In this document: one piece after another, positions 1-9,671 of the stretch
Layout of the letters: each line of letters begins with the position of its first letter
Numbering within the stretch: position 1 is the first letter of the stretch
Source: Alphaproteobacteria bacterium
GTDB lineage: Bacteria; Pseudomonadota; Alphaproteobacteria; UBA828
Assembly (NCBI GenBank): GCA_965214705.1
Contig: OZ243972.1
Coordinates: 2,752,001 to 2,816,000 of the forward strand
Length of the DNA: 64,000 nucleotides
Direction of reading: 5' to 3'
Made by a program: the position numbers and the translations under genes
The notes under the pieces: model-generated
The model's database searches: none
What the model saw: the letters and a program-made list of their open reading frames with translations, nothing else
Told to the model about the DNA's origin: nothing

Positions 1-1182
1 GCCGAGATGGCCTCATATCACGGCCCCGGCACCTGCACGTTCTACGGCACGGCGAACTCGAACCAGATGCTGATGGAGTTCATGGGCCTGCACCTGCCGG
101 GCGCGAGCTTCGTCAATCCCGGCACACCGCTGCGCGAGGCGCTCACGCAAGCGGCGGCGCGGCGGGCGTTGGAGATCACCGCGAACGGCAACTCCTACAC
201 GCCCGTTAGCGCCGTGCTCGACGAGCGCGCCTTCGTCAACGGCATGGTTGGCCTGCACGCCACGGGCGGCTCGACCAATCTGACCCTGCACCTCGTCGCG
301 ATGGCCCGTGCCGCCGGCGTGCTGATCGAGTGGGGAGACATGGCGGCGCTTTCCGCCGTCACGCCGCTGATGGCGCGGGTCTATCCCAATGGCCTCGCCG
401 ACGTGAATCACTTCCACGCCGCCGGCGGGCTCGGCTTCATGATCGGCGAGCTGCTGGAGGCCGGGCTGTTACACGACGACGTCCGCACCGTCGCCGGCGA
501 CGGACTGGCGCGCTACACCGAGGAGCCGGCGCTTGGCGACGACGGGCTCGCTTGGCGCGAGGGCACGCGCGCGAGCCTGAACGAGAAGATCCTCCGCCCC
601 GCAGCCGATCCGTTCCAGCGCACCGGAGGGCTCACCGTGTTGACCGGCAACCTCGGCCAGGCGGTGATCAAGACCTCGGCGGTCAAGCCGGAGCACCACG
701 TCATCGAGGCCCCGACCCTCGTGTTCCACGATCAGGAGGAGATCAAAGCCGCGTTCCGCGACGGCGCGCTCGAGCGCGATTTCGTCTGCGTGCTGCGCTT
801 CCAGGGCCCGCAGGCCAACGGCATGCCGGAGCTGCACGCGCTGACGCCGGTCTTGGGTTCCGTGCAGGACAAGGGCTTCCGTGTGGCGCTGGTCACCGAC
901 GGGCGCATGTCCGGCGCTTCGGGCAAGGTACCGGCGGCCATCCACGTCACGCCCGAGGCCGCGGCGGGCGGGGCGATCGCGCGGGTGCGCGATGGCGACG
1001 TGCTCCGGCTCGACGCTGTGGCGGGCCGGCTCGACGTGCTGGGCGATCCGGCGGAATTCGCCGCGCGCGCGCCGGCAAAGGCCGATCTTTCGGCCAACGC
1101 CAGCGGCATCGGGCGCGAGCTCTTCGCCGCCTTCCGCAGCAACGTCGGTCCCGCCGAAGCTGGTGCCGCGGTCGTCGTCTAG
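1..1182 (+). CDS. edd: Phosphogluconate dehydratase (5' end outside window)
   Basis: IlvD/Edd motifs [34 protein letters not shown] and [10 protein letters not shown]; ends with TAG at 1180-1182. Confidence 0.93.
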   Translation, partial: AEMASYHGPGTCTFYGTANSNQMLMEFMGLHLPGASFVNPGTPLREALTQAAARRALEITANGNSYTPVSAVLDERAFVNGMVGLHATGGSTNLTLHLVAMARAAGVLIEWGDMAALSAVTPLMARVYPNGLADVNHFHAAGGLGFMIGELLEAGLLHDDVRTVAGDGLARYTEEPALGDDGLAWREGTRASLNEKILRPAADPFQRTGGLTVLTGNLGQAVIKTSAVKPEHHVIEAPTLVFHDQEEIKAAFRDGALERDFVCVLRFQGPQANGMPELHALTPVLGSVQDKGFRVALVTDGRMSGASGKVPAAIHVTPEAAAGGAIARVRDGDVLRLDAVAGRLDVLGDPAEFAARAPAKADLSANASGIGRELFAAFRSNVGPAEAGAAVVV

Positions 1183-1277
1183 GCGATCGTGAGCCCGCAC
1201 TAGGCTGCTTGGGAAAGGTTTCGCCGCGCCAACACTTGGCCTAGCTTCAGGGCACAGCAGCCGCGCAAGACCACGCC

Positions 1278-1862
1278 GTGCCGGACATCGAAGCGTCGTT
1301 CAGTATCGACCAGCCTGCCAATCGGGTCTGGGATTTCTTCCAGGACGTACCCGAGGTCGTGACCTGCATGCCGGGCACGGAGCTTCTGGGCCAGACCGGC
1401 GAGGCGACCTACCAGGGCAAGGTCACGGTCAAGCTCGGGCCCGTGACGGCCGCTTTCGAAGGCGAGGCCACCATCGCCGAGACGGACCATGAGGCCCGCA
1501 CCGCCAGGATCGAAGCCTCGGGCATCGACCGCCGGGGCGGCAACCGTGCGAAGGCGAGCATTGCCTACCAAATTCAGGAGCAAGACGGCGGATCGTTCGT
1601 CAGGCTCTCGGGCGACATCAAGCTTTCCGGCGCGCTCGCGCAGATTGGCCGCAGCGGGATCGTTCAGGACGTGGCTGACCACCTCACCGCGCAGTTTGCA
1701 GAGCGTCTCCGCAACAAGCTCGCGCGCGACGGCGACGAGGCGGATGACAGTGCGGGTGCCCAAGACCCGCCCCAGGCCATCGCGGGCTCTCAGCTCACGC
1801 GTATCGTCGTGGTGGCGTGGTTCAGACGCCTGGTCGCAGCGCTGCTTGGACGCACCACCTAA
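1278..1862 (+). CDS. coxG: CoxG/SRPBCC family protein
   Basis: VWDFFQDVPEVVTCMPG...GKVTVKLGPVTAAFEG...GALAQIGR pattern with a C-terminal hydrophobic tail. Confidence 0.8.
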   Translation: MPDIEASFSIDQPANRVWDFFQDVPEVVTCMPGTELLGQTGEATYQGKVTVKLGPVTAAFEGEATIAETDHEARTARIEASGIDRRGGNRAKASIAYQIQEQDGGSFVRLSGDIKLSGALAQIGRSGIVQDVADHLTAQFAERLRNKLARDGDEADDSAGAQDPPQAIAGSQLTRIVVVAWFRRLVAALLGRTT

Positions 1863-4255
1863 GAAGTACGCGCCTGCTTGAGCATCCGATGGATCGCGTC
1901 GGGCGTGAGCGGCGCCTCGCGGATCGGCGCAATCCCGAAGGGTTGCAACGCATCTTCCACTGCTGACGCATACACCTGGGCGACCGGGATGGTGCCGGCT
2001 TCGCCGACACCCTTGACGCCGAGCGGGTTGAGCGGCGTCGGCGTCTCCGAGTGCATGATCTCCGCGTTGGGCACTTCGGTCGCGTAGGGCATCAGGAAGT
2101 CCATGAAATTGGCGTTGAGCGGAGTTCCCCCCTCGTCGAACTCGCAGCGCTCGTAGAACGCGCCGCCCACGCCTTGGGCGATCCCGCCCATCACCTGGCC
2201 GTCCACGATCGTCGGGTTGATCATCCGCCCGCAGTCGTGAATGCAGATGTAGCGCTTGACCTCGATCGTGCAGAGTTCGGGATCGACCTCGATCACGGCT
2301 GCGTGGGCGCCGAAGGCCCAGGTCGCATGGGGCGGGCTGTAGTAGTCGGTCGCCTCGATCCCCGGAGTCCTGCCTTCGGCAAGCGGCGGCCCGTCGTGAC
2401 GGCTCGCCGGGGCGAACTGCGTGGCGCTCTTGGAGGGCTCGTTGAAGGCGTAGCGGAGCGGATTGGTTGCGGTCGCGATCTCCGCCAGCGTCGCCCGTCG
2501 GTCGGTTCCCTTCACCCACGCCGCGCCCTCGCGCAGCTCGATATCCGACTGGCTACACTCCATCATGTTGGCTGCCGCCTCGACGATCTGGGCGCGCGCC
2601 TTCACCGCGGCCATATGGATCGCGCTGCCGCTGCACACGGCGGCGCGGCTCGCGAAGGTCGCAACCCCCCATTCGAACGCTCCGGTGTCGCCCTCAACGA
2701 CGATCACGTCCTCGACGCGCGCTCCCGTCTGCTCGGCGGCAATTTGGGCGAAGACCGTCTCGTGACCCTGGCCCTGGTCGGTCAGCCCGGTGTTGACGTA
2801 GACCTTGCCGGTGATCGGGTGAATCTTGATGTGCCCGCCCTCGTAGGGGCCGAGCCCCGTTCCCTCCACGTAGAACCCGAACCCGAGTCCGAGGTATCGC
2901 CCGTCCTCCCGGGCAGTCGCTTGCTCCGCGCGGAAGCCCTCGACATCGATCGTCTGCCTTAACTTCTCGAGCGCCTCCTCGTAGGCCCCGCTGTCGTAGA
3001 TCACCTGCAGACCGTCGGCGAAGATCAGTCCCTTGCGCGGATAGGGAAACTCGTGCCGCCCGATGAAATTACGCCGGCGGACCTCGAAGCGGTCGAGGCC
3101 GAGCTCGTCCGCCAGCTGATCCATGGCGCGCTCGATGGCGTAGCAGGCGTGCGGCCGTCCGCAGCCGCGGTAGGGAGTCACTTGCACCATCGGCAGATAG
3201 ACCGGGCGAAAGGTGACCCGGAAATTAGGGACACGATAGGGGCCCGCGATCGACGTCGAGCTCACGTGGGCAACGGCGATTCCGTAGGGGATGAACGCCC
3301 CAGTGTCGTGCAGGAAGTCGTCCTTGAGGCCGATCACGCGGCCGTCCTTCGTGGCCGCGATTTCGAGGGTGTGGATCTGCGTGCGCTCCTGGGAGGCGCC
3401 GATGAAGTTTTCGACCCTGTCCTCGATGTACTTGACCGGGCGCCCCAGTTCCATCGAGGCCAACGGCACCAGCACCTCGTCGGGGTGGAACATCATGATC
3501 TTCTGGCCGAAGCCGCCGCCTACGTTGGGCGCGATGACGCGTACCTTGTCCTCGTCGATTTGGAACAGGGAGGCCAAGCCGCCACGCACCGATAGCGTCG
3601 CCTGGGTGCCGTCCCAGACCGTGAGCTCGCCGGTCACGGCCTCCCAACGCGCCGCGATGGCGCGGCATTCCAGCGGCGCTGCGGTGCTGCGCTCAAGCCG
3701 GATCTTGACCCGCGTGATGTGCTCGGCTTTCGCGAACGCCGCGTCGGTATCTCCGGTCTCGACGCGGAACCTGCCGGCGGTGTTGTTGGGCACGTCCGGA
3801 TGTATGCGCGGCGCATCGTCCGCGACCGCCTTTTCGAGGTCCATCTCGACCGGCAAGGGGTCGTAATCGATGTCGATCAAGCGGACAGCATCCTCGGCAA
3901 CGTAGCGGTCGACCGCCACCACCATCGCAATGCACTGCCCGACATAGAACACGTCGTCGCGAGCGAGCGGGCGCTGGGTCTTCGGATGGGTGAGGTCGGG
4001 CGCCGGAATCAGCAGGGGAAGCTCGGCATCGAGCGCGCCGATATTGTCGCAGGTGTAGACCTTGACCACACCGTCGAGCGCTTCCGCCGTGCTGATGTCG
4101 ATTGCGCGGATCTTCGCTCTGGCGACCATGCTGCGGGCGAACGCCGCGTGGAGCGCGCTGGGAAGATCGATGTCGTCGATGAAGCTTCCCTCGCCGCGCA
4201 GGAGGGCGGCATCGGCGTTGCGTGCGATTGGTTCGCCAAACTGGCGCGTCGACAC
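1859..4255 (-). CDS. Molybdenum hydroxylase (xanthine dehydrogenase/CoxL family) large subunit 1
   Basis: GGGFGQK, active-site loop PYRGCGR, DQGQGHET, HDCGRMINP and GVKGVGEAGT motifs. Confidence 0.92.
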   Translation of the reverse strand: MSTRQFGEPIARNADAALLRGEGSFIDDIDLPSALHAAFARSMVARAKIRAIDISTAEALDGVVKVYTCDNIGALDAELPLLIPAPDLTHPKTQRPLARDDVFYVGQCIAMVVAVDRYVAEDAVRLIDIDYDPLPVEMDLEKAVADDAPRIHPDVPNNTAGRFRVETGDTDAAFAKAEHITRVKIRLERSTAAPLECRAIAARWEAVTGELTVWDGTQATLSVRGGLASLFQIDEDKVRVIAPNVGGGFGQKIMMFHPDEVLVPLASMELGRPVKYIEDRVENFIGASQERTQIHTLEIAATKDGRVIGLKDDFLHDTGAFIPYGIAVAHVSSTSIAGPYRVPNFRVTFRPVYLPMVQVTPYRGCGRPHACYAIERAMDQLADELGLDRFEVRRRNFIGRHEFPYPRKGLIFADGLQVIYDSGAYEEALEKLRQTIDVEGFRAEQATAREDGRYLGLGFGFYVEGTGLGPYEGGHIKIHPITGKVYVNTGLTDQGQGHETVFAQIAAEQTGARVEDVIVVEGDTGAFEWGVATFASRAAVCSGSAIHMAAVKARAQIVEAAANMMECSQSDIELREGAAWVKGTDRRATLAEIATATNPLRYAFNEPSKSATQFAPASRHDGPPLAEGRTPGIEATDYYSPPHATWAFGAHAAVIEVDPELCTIEVKRYICIHDCGRMINPTIVDGQVMGGIAQGVGGAFYERCEFDEGGTPLNANFMDFLMPYATEVPNAEIMHSETPTPLNPLGVKGVGEAGTIPVAQVYASAVEDALQPFGIAPIREAPLTPDAIHRMLKQARTS

Positions 4256-4274
4256 GTCCGGGGTCTCCGTTTCT

Positions 4275-4811
4275 CTATCGCGAGCCGCGCATCAGTTCCG
4301 CGCTCCGGCGGAAGGCGGCCACGATGTTCTTGTAGCCCGTGCAGCGGCACAGGTTGCCCGAAAGGACCTCGCGAATCGCGTCCTCCGAAAGGTCCGGATC
4401 GGGATTGTCTTCGAGGTAATCCACGATCGACATGACGAAGCCCGGCGTGCAGTAGCCGCATTGCAGCCCGTGGCATTCGCGAAAGGCCTGCTGGACGGGA
4501 TGAAGTGAGCCGTCGGGCGCGGCGACGCTCTCGATCGTGCGAATGTCGGCGCCGTCGGCCTGGACCGCGAAGGCGAGGCAGGACCGCCCGGCCTTTCCGT
4601 CGATGATCACCGTGCAGCAGCCGCAGACCCCATGCTCGCAGCCGACGTGGGTTCCCGTCAGGCGCAGCTCATGGCGGATGAAGTCGCTCAGCAGCATACG
4701 AGGGCTGACCTCGCGCTCGACCCGCTCGCCGTTGACGGTCATCGACACGGCGACACGCGGATCGGAGGACTGGCGGGGCGGCGTCCCGTATCCAGCCGAT
4801 CTCGCCATCAC
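4275..4811 (-). CDS. Molybdenum hydroxylase 2Fe-2S small subunit 1
   Basis: GCEHGVCGCC, QCGYCTPG and NLCRCTGY motifs. Confidence 0.93.
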   Translation of the reverse strand: MMARSAGYGTPPRQSSDPRVAVSMTVNGERVEREVSPRMLLSDFIRHELRLTGTHVGCEHGVCGCCTVIIDGKAGRSCLAFAVQADGADIRTIESVAAPDGSLHPVQQAFRECHGLQCGYCTPGFVMSIVDYLEDNPDPDLSEDAIREVLSGNLCRCTGYKNIVAAFRRSAELMRGSR

Positions 4812-5677
4812 GCTCGCTCCCGCGCGCGCTCGGCGGCCTTCGTGACGGTGCGCCGGACCAATGCCGCGGCAAGGTCCCTGCGGTAGTCCGCGCTGGCCTG
4901 GCGGTCGTCGGCCGCCGTCGCATAGTCGCGCGCCGCTTCGGCGGCTCGTGCAAGGGCCGCCCCCTCCGGCGGGGCGCCCAGCAGCGCGGCCTCGGCCTCG
5001 GCGAGGCGCGTGGGTTTCAAGCCGACCCCGCAGGCGGCGAGACGCACGGCGCTGCAGACGCCGTCCTTCAGTGTCACCAGTGCGCAGACCCCGGCCAACG
5101 CATAGTCGCCGTGGCGGCGCGCGACCTCCTGAAACGCGTAACCGGTGCGGGAAGGAAGGGCCGGTATGCGCACCTCCGTCAGCAGCTCGCCCGCATTCAG
5201 CGCTGTCGTCATGTGAAACAGGAAGAAGTCATCGGCGGCGATGGTCCGTTCGCTCCCGACGCTGCGCGCCACCACCGCGCCGCCCGTCGCCACCAGCATG
5301 CAGGGGAGTTCCGCCGCGGCGTCGGCGTGGGCGATGCTGCCGCCCACCGTGCCGCGATTGCGGATGACGATGTGCGCGACATTGCCCAGGACTTCCGCAA
5401 CCAGAGGGTTCGCTCGTCGGACCTCACTGTCGCGTTCGAGGTCCCGCTGGCGGGTCATCGCGCCCACCCGGATCACGTCGCCTTCGACCGCGTGAGCGCT
5501 GAGCGCACCGATCCTGCGGAGGTCCACCAGCGTCGAGGGCGCGGCGATGCGGAAGTTCATGGTCGGGATCAGGCTCTGTCCGCCCGCCAGCGGACGCGCC
5601 ATCTCGTCGCCCGCCAGAACCTCAAGCGCCTCCTCGACGCTTTGCGGCGCCGCGTACGCGAAGAGCGCAGGCTTCAC
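4808..5677 (-). CDS. Molybdenum hydroxylase FAD-binding medium subunit 1
   Basis: LAGGQSLIP, IRNRGTVGGSIAHAD and ARRHGDYA motifs; GTG start at 5677 overlaps the upstream TGA. Confidence 0.9.
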   Translation of the reverse strand: MKPALFAYAAPQSVEEALEVLAGDEMARPLAGGQSLIPTMNFRIAAPSTLVDLRRIGALSAHAVEGDVIRVGAMTRQRDLERDSEVRRANPLVAEVLGNVAHIVIRNRGTVGGSIAHADAAAELPCMLVATGGAVVARSVGSERTIAADDFFLFHMTTALNAGELLTEVRIPALPSRTGYAFQEVARRHGDYALAGVCALVTLKDGVCSAVRLAACGVGLKPTRLAEAEAALLGAPPEGAALARAAEAARDYATAADDRQASADYRRDLAAALVRRTVTKAAERARERA

Positions 5678-7593
5678 TCTGCGGCCTCCTGGACCGCTTC
5701 GGCGGCGAACCAACCGTCGTCCGGGTCGTCGTGGCCCTCTGGGCGCGCAATTCCCCTGCTGCGCTTCATCTCCTCGAAGTAAGGCCCGCGACTGAACATG
5801 GGGAGTGGTCCACGTTCGGCCCGTATGCGCGCCCGCAAGCGATCGGTCTCCGCCTGGTCCACCGTGTAGCGCCGGCCCTCGCGCCCGAGCACGACCCCGT
5901 AGTCGTCGCGCGCCGCCTGCTCCGAAACCAGGCCGCACTGCACGTCGTAGCACACCATCTCGGGTTCGCGCGCCAGCGGGTCTCCCCAGCCGCCGCCGCC
6001 CGTCGTGCGGATCCTGATGGTCGAGCCGCCGGCGACGGGGACGCGGTCCTCCATGCCGGCGAGCTTGCGCTGTGTGCCGTCCGGCTTGTCGATCTCCAGG
6101 CTGTAAGTGCCGCCGTACTTGCCGCCGTTGACGCCGTAGGTGTTGATCATCGCGCGGTCGGCGTTGGAAAGCGCCTCGCAGTCTTCGAGCGCGCGCACGC
6201 GCTTGTCGTAGCCGAAACCGCCGCGCCGGCAGCCCGCTCCGCCCGAATCCGTGGCGAGGCCCAGGCGTTCGACGATGACGGGGTAGCGGGTCTCAGAGAA
6301 TTCCGCCGGCAGGTTGCGCGAATTCGGCACCACGTGAACCACGTCGCTGCCGTCCGCCCAGGGACGCCCCGGCCCACCGCCGCCGAGCACTTCGCGGAAC
6401 AAGAAGAAATCGAGGCCGATGCGTCCGCCGTGCAGGCCCCAGATTCGGATCGTCTCGTGGTCGGCCGGCATGCGTCCGCCGGTCGCCTTGGCCAGCAGTG
6501 CCGCGAAGATCCCGAGCGAGCGCAGCAGGGGGAAGAAGCGCAGGCCTGTGGCCTTGCCGAAGCTCGGCGTCACCAGCGTTCCCTTGGGCGGGAACTTCAG
6601 CTCGATGACGTCCAGCACGCCTTCGTTCATGTCGATCTCGGCCGCCCGCTCGGGCGTCGCCGCGAGCGAGCGGAGCACCGGCCCCATCCACTTGCGGGCG
6701 AACTTTCCGTCCGCGTAGTCGATGGGCCAGTTGATCGGCCCCTTCGCCTCCTTCGAGGTGCCGGTGAAGTCGAGGACGATCTTGTCGGCGGTCTTGGTCA
6801 TCGTCAGGCGCAGCGTGTGCATCTGCGGCCCCTCGACGCCGTCGTCCTCGATGTAGTCCTCCCAGGAATAGACGCCGTCCCGAATCATGGGGAGCAACTC
6901 GCGGCGAATGGTCTCCGCGCAGTTCTCGATGATGGCGTCGTAGGCGGCCTCCAGCGCCGCCACGCCGTAGCGTTCCGCTAGCGCCACGATGCGCTGGCTG
7001 CCGAGCCGTGCGGCGCCGATTTCGGCATCGAGATCGCCGCGCAGATGCTCCGAAAGGCGCGAGTTGCGCGAAATGATCTTGAAGACCGCCTCGTTGATCT
7101 TCCCACGTTCGTAAATCTTGATGGGCGGCACCACCAACCCTTCCGTCCACATGTCGGTCGCATCGGCCGGCAGGCTGCCGGGGACCGAGCCGCCTACGTC
7201 GTCGTGGTGCCCAAAAACCTGGCTGAACCCGATCAGCCGGTCGCCGTAGAAGATGGGGATGGTCGTGCAGAGATCGGGAATGTGGCCGATCCCGCCGGCG
7301 CTGTTGTAGGGATCGTTCCAGAAAAAGATGTCGCCGGGGTGGATGTCACCCTCGTCGAAGTACTCGAACACCGGCTCGACTAGGGCCGCATAAGACCGCC
7401 CGGTCAGCTTGCGCCCCTTCGCATCGAAGAGCGCGACGCGGTAATCGTGCTGGTCCCGGATCATCGGCGAGCGTGCGGTTCGCTCGACCGCCGCCTCGAT
7501 CTCGAGCTCGGCAGTGCGGATCGTACCGGTAATGACCTCGAGCTCGATCGGGCCGAGCGGCGGTCCTGCGTCCTTGGCCGTGACTGCGCTCAT
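5674..7593 (-). CDS. Hydantoinase B/oxoprolinase family subunit
   Basis: NDPY, GHIPD, HHDDVGG, NLPAEFSETRYP and TTGGGGWGDP motifs. Confidence 0.9.
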   Translation of the reverse strand: MSAVTAKDAGPPLGPIELEVITGTIRTAELEIEAAVERTARSPMIRDQHDYRVALFDAKGRKLTGRSYAALVEPVFEYFDEGDIHPGDIFFWNDPYNSAGGIGHIPDLCTTIPIFYGDRLIGFSQVFGHHDDVGGSVPGSLPADATDMWTEGLVVPPIKIYERGKINEAVFKIISRNSRLSEHLRGDLDAEIGAARLGSQRIVALAERYGVAALEAAYDAIIENCAETIRRELLPMIRDGVYSWEDYIEDDGVEGPQMHTLRLTMTKTADKIVLDFTGTSKEAKGPINWPIDYADGKFARKWMGPVLRSLAATPERAAEIDMNEGVLDVIELKFPPKGTLVTPSFGKATGLRFFPLLRSLGIFAALLAKATGGRMPADHETIRIWGLHGGRIGLDFFLFREVLGGGGPGRPWADGSDVVHVVPNSRNLPAEFSETRYPVIVERLGLATDSGGAGCRRGGFGYDKRVRALEDCEALSNADRAMINTYGVNGGKYGGTYSLEIDKPDGTQRKLAGMEDRVPVAGGSTIRIRTTGGGGWGDPLAREPEMVCYDVQCGLVSEQAARDDYGVVLGREGRRYTVDQAETDRLRARIRAERGPLPMFSRGPYFEEMKRSRGIARPEGHDDPDDGWFAAEAVQEAAE

Positions 7594-9632
7594 GCCACTT
7601 TCTCCAGAATGAGGTTGCCGTAATCATCGTTTCTGAGGGCCCAGCCCTCGGGCACCACGAGGGTCGAGCCGTACTCCTCGATGATACCCGGCCCTCGCGT
7701 GGTAAAGCCGCGGGACAGGCTCTCCCGGCGCCAGATGGGGCAGGATACCCAGCCCCGGCTGCGCCAATAGACATCGCGCACACCGGCCGGACCTGCATCC
7801 TCCGATCCCGGCTCGATCGCGCGCACGGAGGGGCGGTGCATGCGCCCGATCGCCTGCACGCGCAGGCTGACGACCTCGACATCCTGGCTGTCCTCGTAGT
7901 GGAAGCCGAAGGTGTCGTCATGGACCCGGTGAAACGCCGTCCACATGTGCTCGACAGCCTCGCTACCCGAGAGGCCGGCCGGGATCGCGACCAGCACCTC
8001 GTGGCCTTCGCCGACGTAGCGGACGTCGGCGCTCCGTTCGAGCACGATCGCCTCGCGCGCCACGCCCTCGGCCGCGATCTCGTCGCAACCCAGCTTTTCG
8101 AGATCGGCCCACAGCCCTTCAAGCTCATCGACGGTGGCGGTCGACTGCTGGCGCACCAGCGTGCGCACGTAGTCGCGCTTGATGTCGCAGACGTGCAGGC
8201 CGAAGGCGGAAAGGTTGCCCGGATTGGGCGGGGAGACCGCGACCTTGATCCCGAGGAAGTCGGCCACGTCGGCGGCGAAGAGCCCGCCGGCGCCGCCGAA
8301 GGCGATCATCGCGTAGTCGCCGGGGTCGAGGCCGCGCGTCGTTGTCACCTTGCGAATGCCCTGGACCTGGTTGGATGCAGCGATTTCGAGCACGCCGGCG
8401 GCGGCTTCCTCCGCCGAAAGGTCGAGATCGCGACCCAGCGCCTCGAAGGCGTCCCTCGCGGCATCGACATCGAGCTTGAGGCCGCCACCGATCAGCGCAC
8501 CGGGCAGGCGCCCTAGCACGACGCCCGCGTCGGTCACCGTCGGCCCGGTTCCGCCCCGCCGGTAGCAGATCGGGCCAGGATCGGCGCCCGCGCTTTGCGG
8601 TCCGACCTTGAGCGCACCGTAGGGATCGATCCACGCAAGGGAGCCACCGCCCGCGCCGACGGCCACGACATCGAGCATGGGTGTCTTGACCGGGTAGTGC
8701 TCGATGGTGGCGTGCGTCGAGAGTTGCGGCGTGAGCCCGCGCACGAGCGAGACATCGGTGGACGTGCCACCGACATCGAGCGTCAGGATATCGTTGTACC
8801 CGGCGAGGCTCGCCATGTGGGTGGCCCCGAGCACGCCCCCCGCAGGGCCCGAGAGCAGCATCGTCACCGGCTTCTCACCGGCAGCCTCGCTGGAGACGAT
8901 GCCGCCGTTGGACTGCATGATCAGGAAGGGCTTGTCGCCGGACTCTTCGGCGATCCTGTCGCGGGCACGTCCTAGATAGGTCTGGCAGTAGGGCTTCACC
9001 ATCACGTCGATCAGCGTGGTCATCGCACGTTCGTACTCGCGGTATTCCGGCAGGACGACCGACGACAGCGACACGAACGTGTCGGGGAAGTGCTCTTCGA
9101 TGATCGCGCCGACACGTTGTTCATGCGCCGGGTTCGCATAGGAATGGAGCAGACAGACGGCGATGCGCGTGACGCCGAAATCGACGAGATGGTCCACCGC
9201 TTCGATCACGCTCCTCTCGTCGAGAGGCGTCATGACGGAGCCGTCATAGCTCATGCGCTCCGTCACTTCCTGGACCAGATGAAGCGGCACGAGGCGGGGT
9301 GGCTTCACCCAGAAGAAGGAGTTGCCGTAGCCGTCGGGCACGGACTGGCGCGCGATCTCGATGATATGGCGAAAGCCGGCGGTCACGAGCAAACCGAGGC
9401 CTTCGAATCGGTGCTCCAGCACGGCGTTGGTCGCCGTCGTCGTGCCGTGCAGGATTTGACTTAGTTGCGCATCGCTCGTGCCGACGACCTCCTGAATCCC
9501 GTTGATCAGGCCGCGGCTGGGGTCGTCAGGCGTGCTCGGCGTCTTGATGGCAAGCTGCTCGCCCGTTGTCTCATCGATCGCGATGACGTCCGTGAACGTT
9601 CCCCCGGTATCGATGGCGATTCGCAGGCTCAT
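7590..9632 (-). CDS. Hydantoinase A/oxoprolinase family ATP-binding subunit
   Basis: DTGGTFTD, HGTT, REYER, SGPAGG, DVGGTSTD, SAGADPGP and FGGAG motifs. Confidence 0.92.
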   Translation of the reverse strand: MSLRIAIDTGGTFTDVIAIDETTGEQLAIKTPSTPDDPSRGLINGIQEVVGTSDAQLSQILHGTTTATNAVLEHRFEGLGLLVTAGFRHIIEIARQSVPDGYGNSFFWVKPPRLVPLHLVQEVTERMSYDGSVMTPLDERSVIEAVDHLVDFGVTRIAVCLLHSYANPAHEQRVGAIIEEHFPDTFVSLSSVVLPEYREYERAMTTLIDVMVKPYCQTYLGRARDRIAEESGDKPFLIMQSNGGIVSSEAAGEKPVTMLLSGPAGGVLGATHMASLAGYNDILTLDVGGTSTDVSLVRGLTPQLSTHATIEHYPVKTPMLDVVAVGAGGGSLAWIDPYGALKVGPQSAGADPGPICYRRGGTGPTVTDAGVVLGRLPGALIGGGLKLDVDAARDAFEALGRDLDLSAEEAAAGVLEIAASNQVQGIRKVTTTRGLDPGDYAMIAFGGAGGLFAADVADFLGIKVAVSPPNPGNLSAFGLHVCDIKRDYVRTLVRQQSTATVDELEGLWADLEKLGCDEIAAEGVAREAIVLERSADVRYVGEGHEVLVAIPAGLSGSEAVEHMWTAFHRVHDDTFGFHYEDSQDVEVVSLRVQAIGRMHRPSVRAIEPGSEDAGPAGVRDVYWRSRGWVSCPIWRRESLSRGFTTRGPGIIEEYGSTLVVPEGWALRNDDYGNLILEKVA

Positions 9633-9671
9633 GAACTCTCCTGACGCCGGCTGCCCCGGTTGCCGGCGCAG

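Noticed and set aside
1859-4255. Aerobic CO dehydrogenase (form I CoxL)
   Set aside because: Lacks the AYXCSFR loop (has PYRGCGR) and there are no coxDEF genes; CoxG alone is not diagnostic
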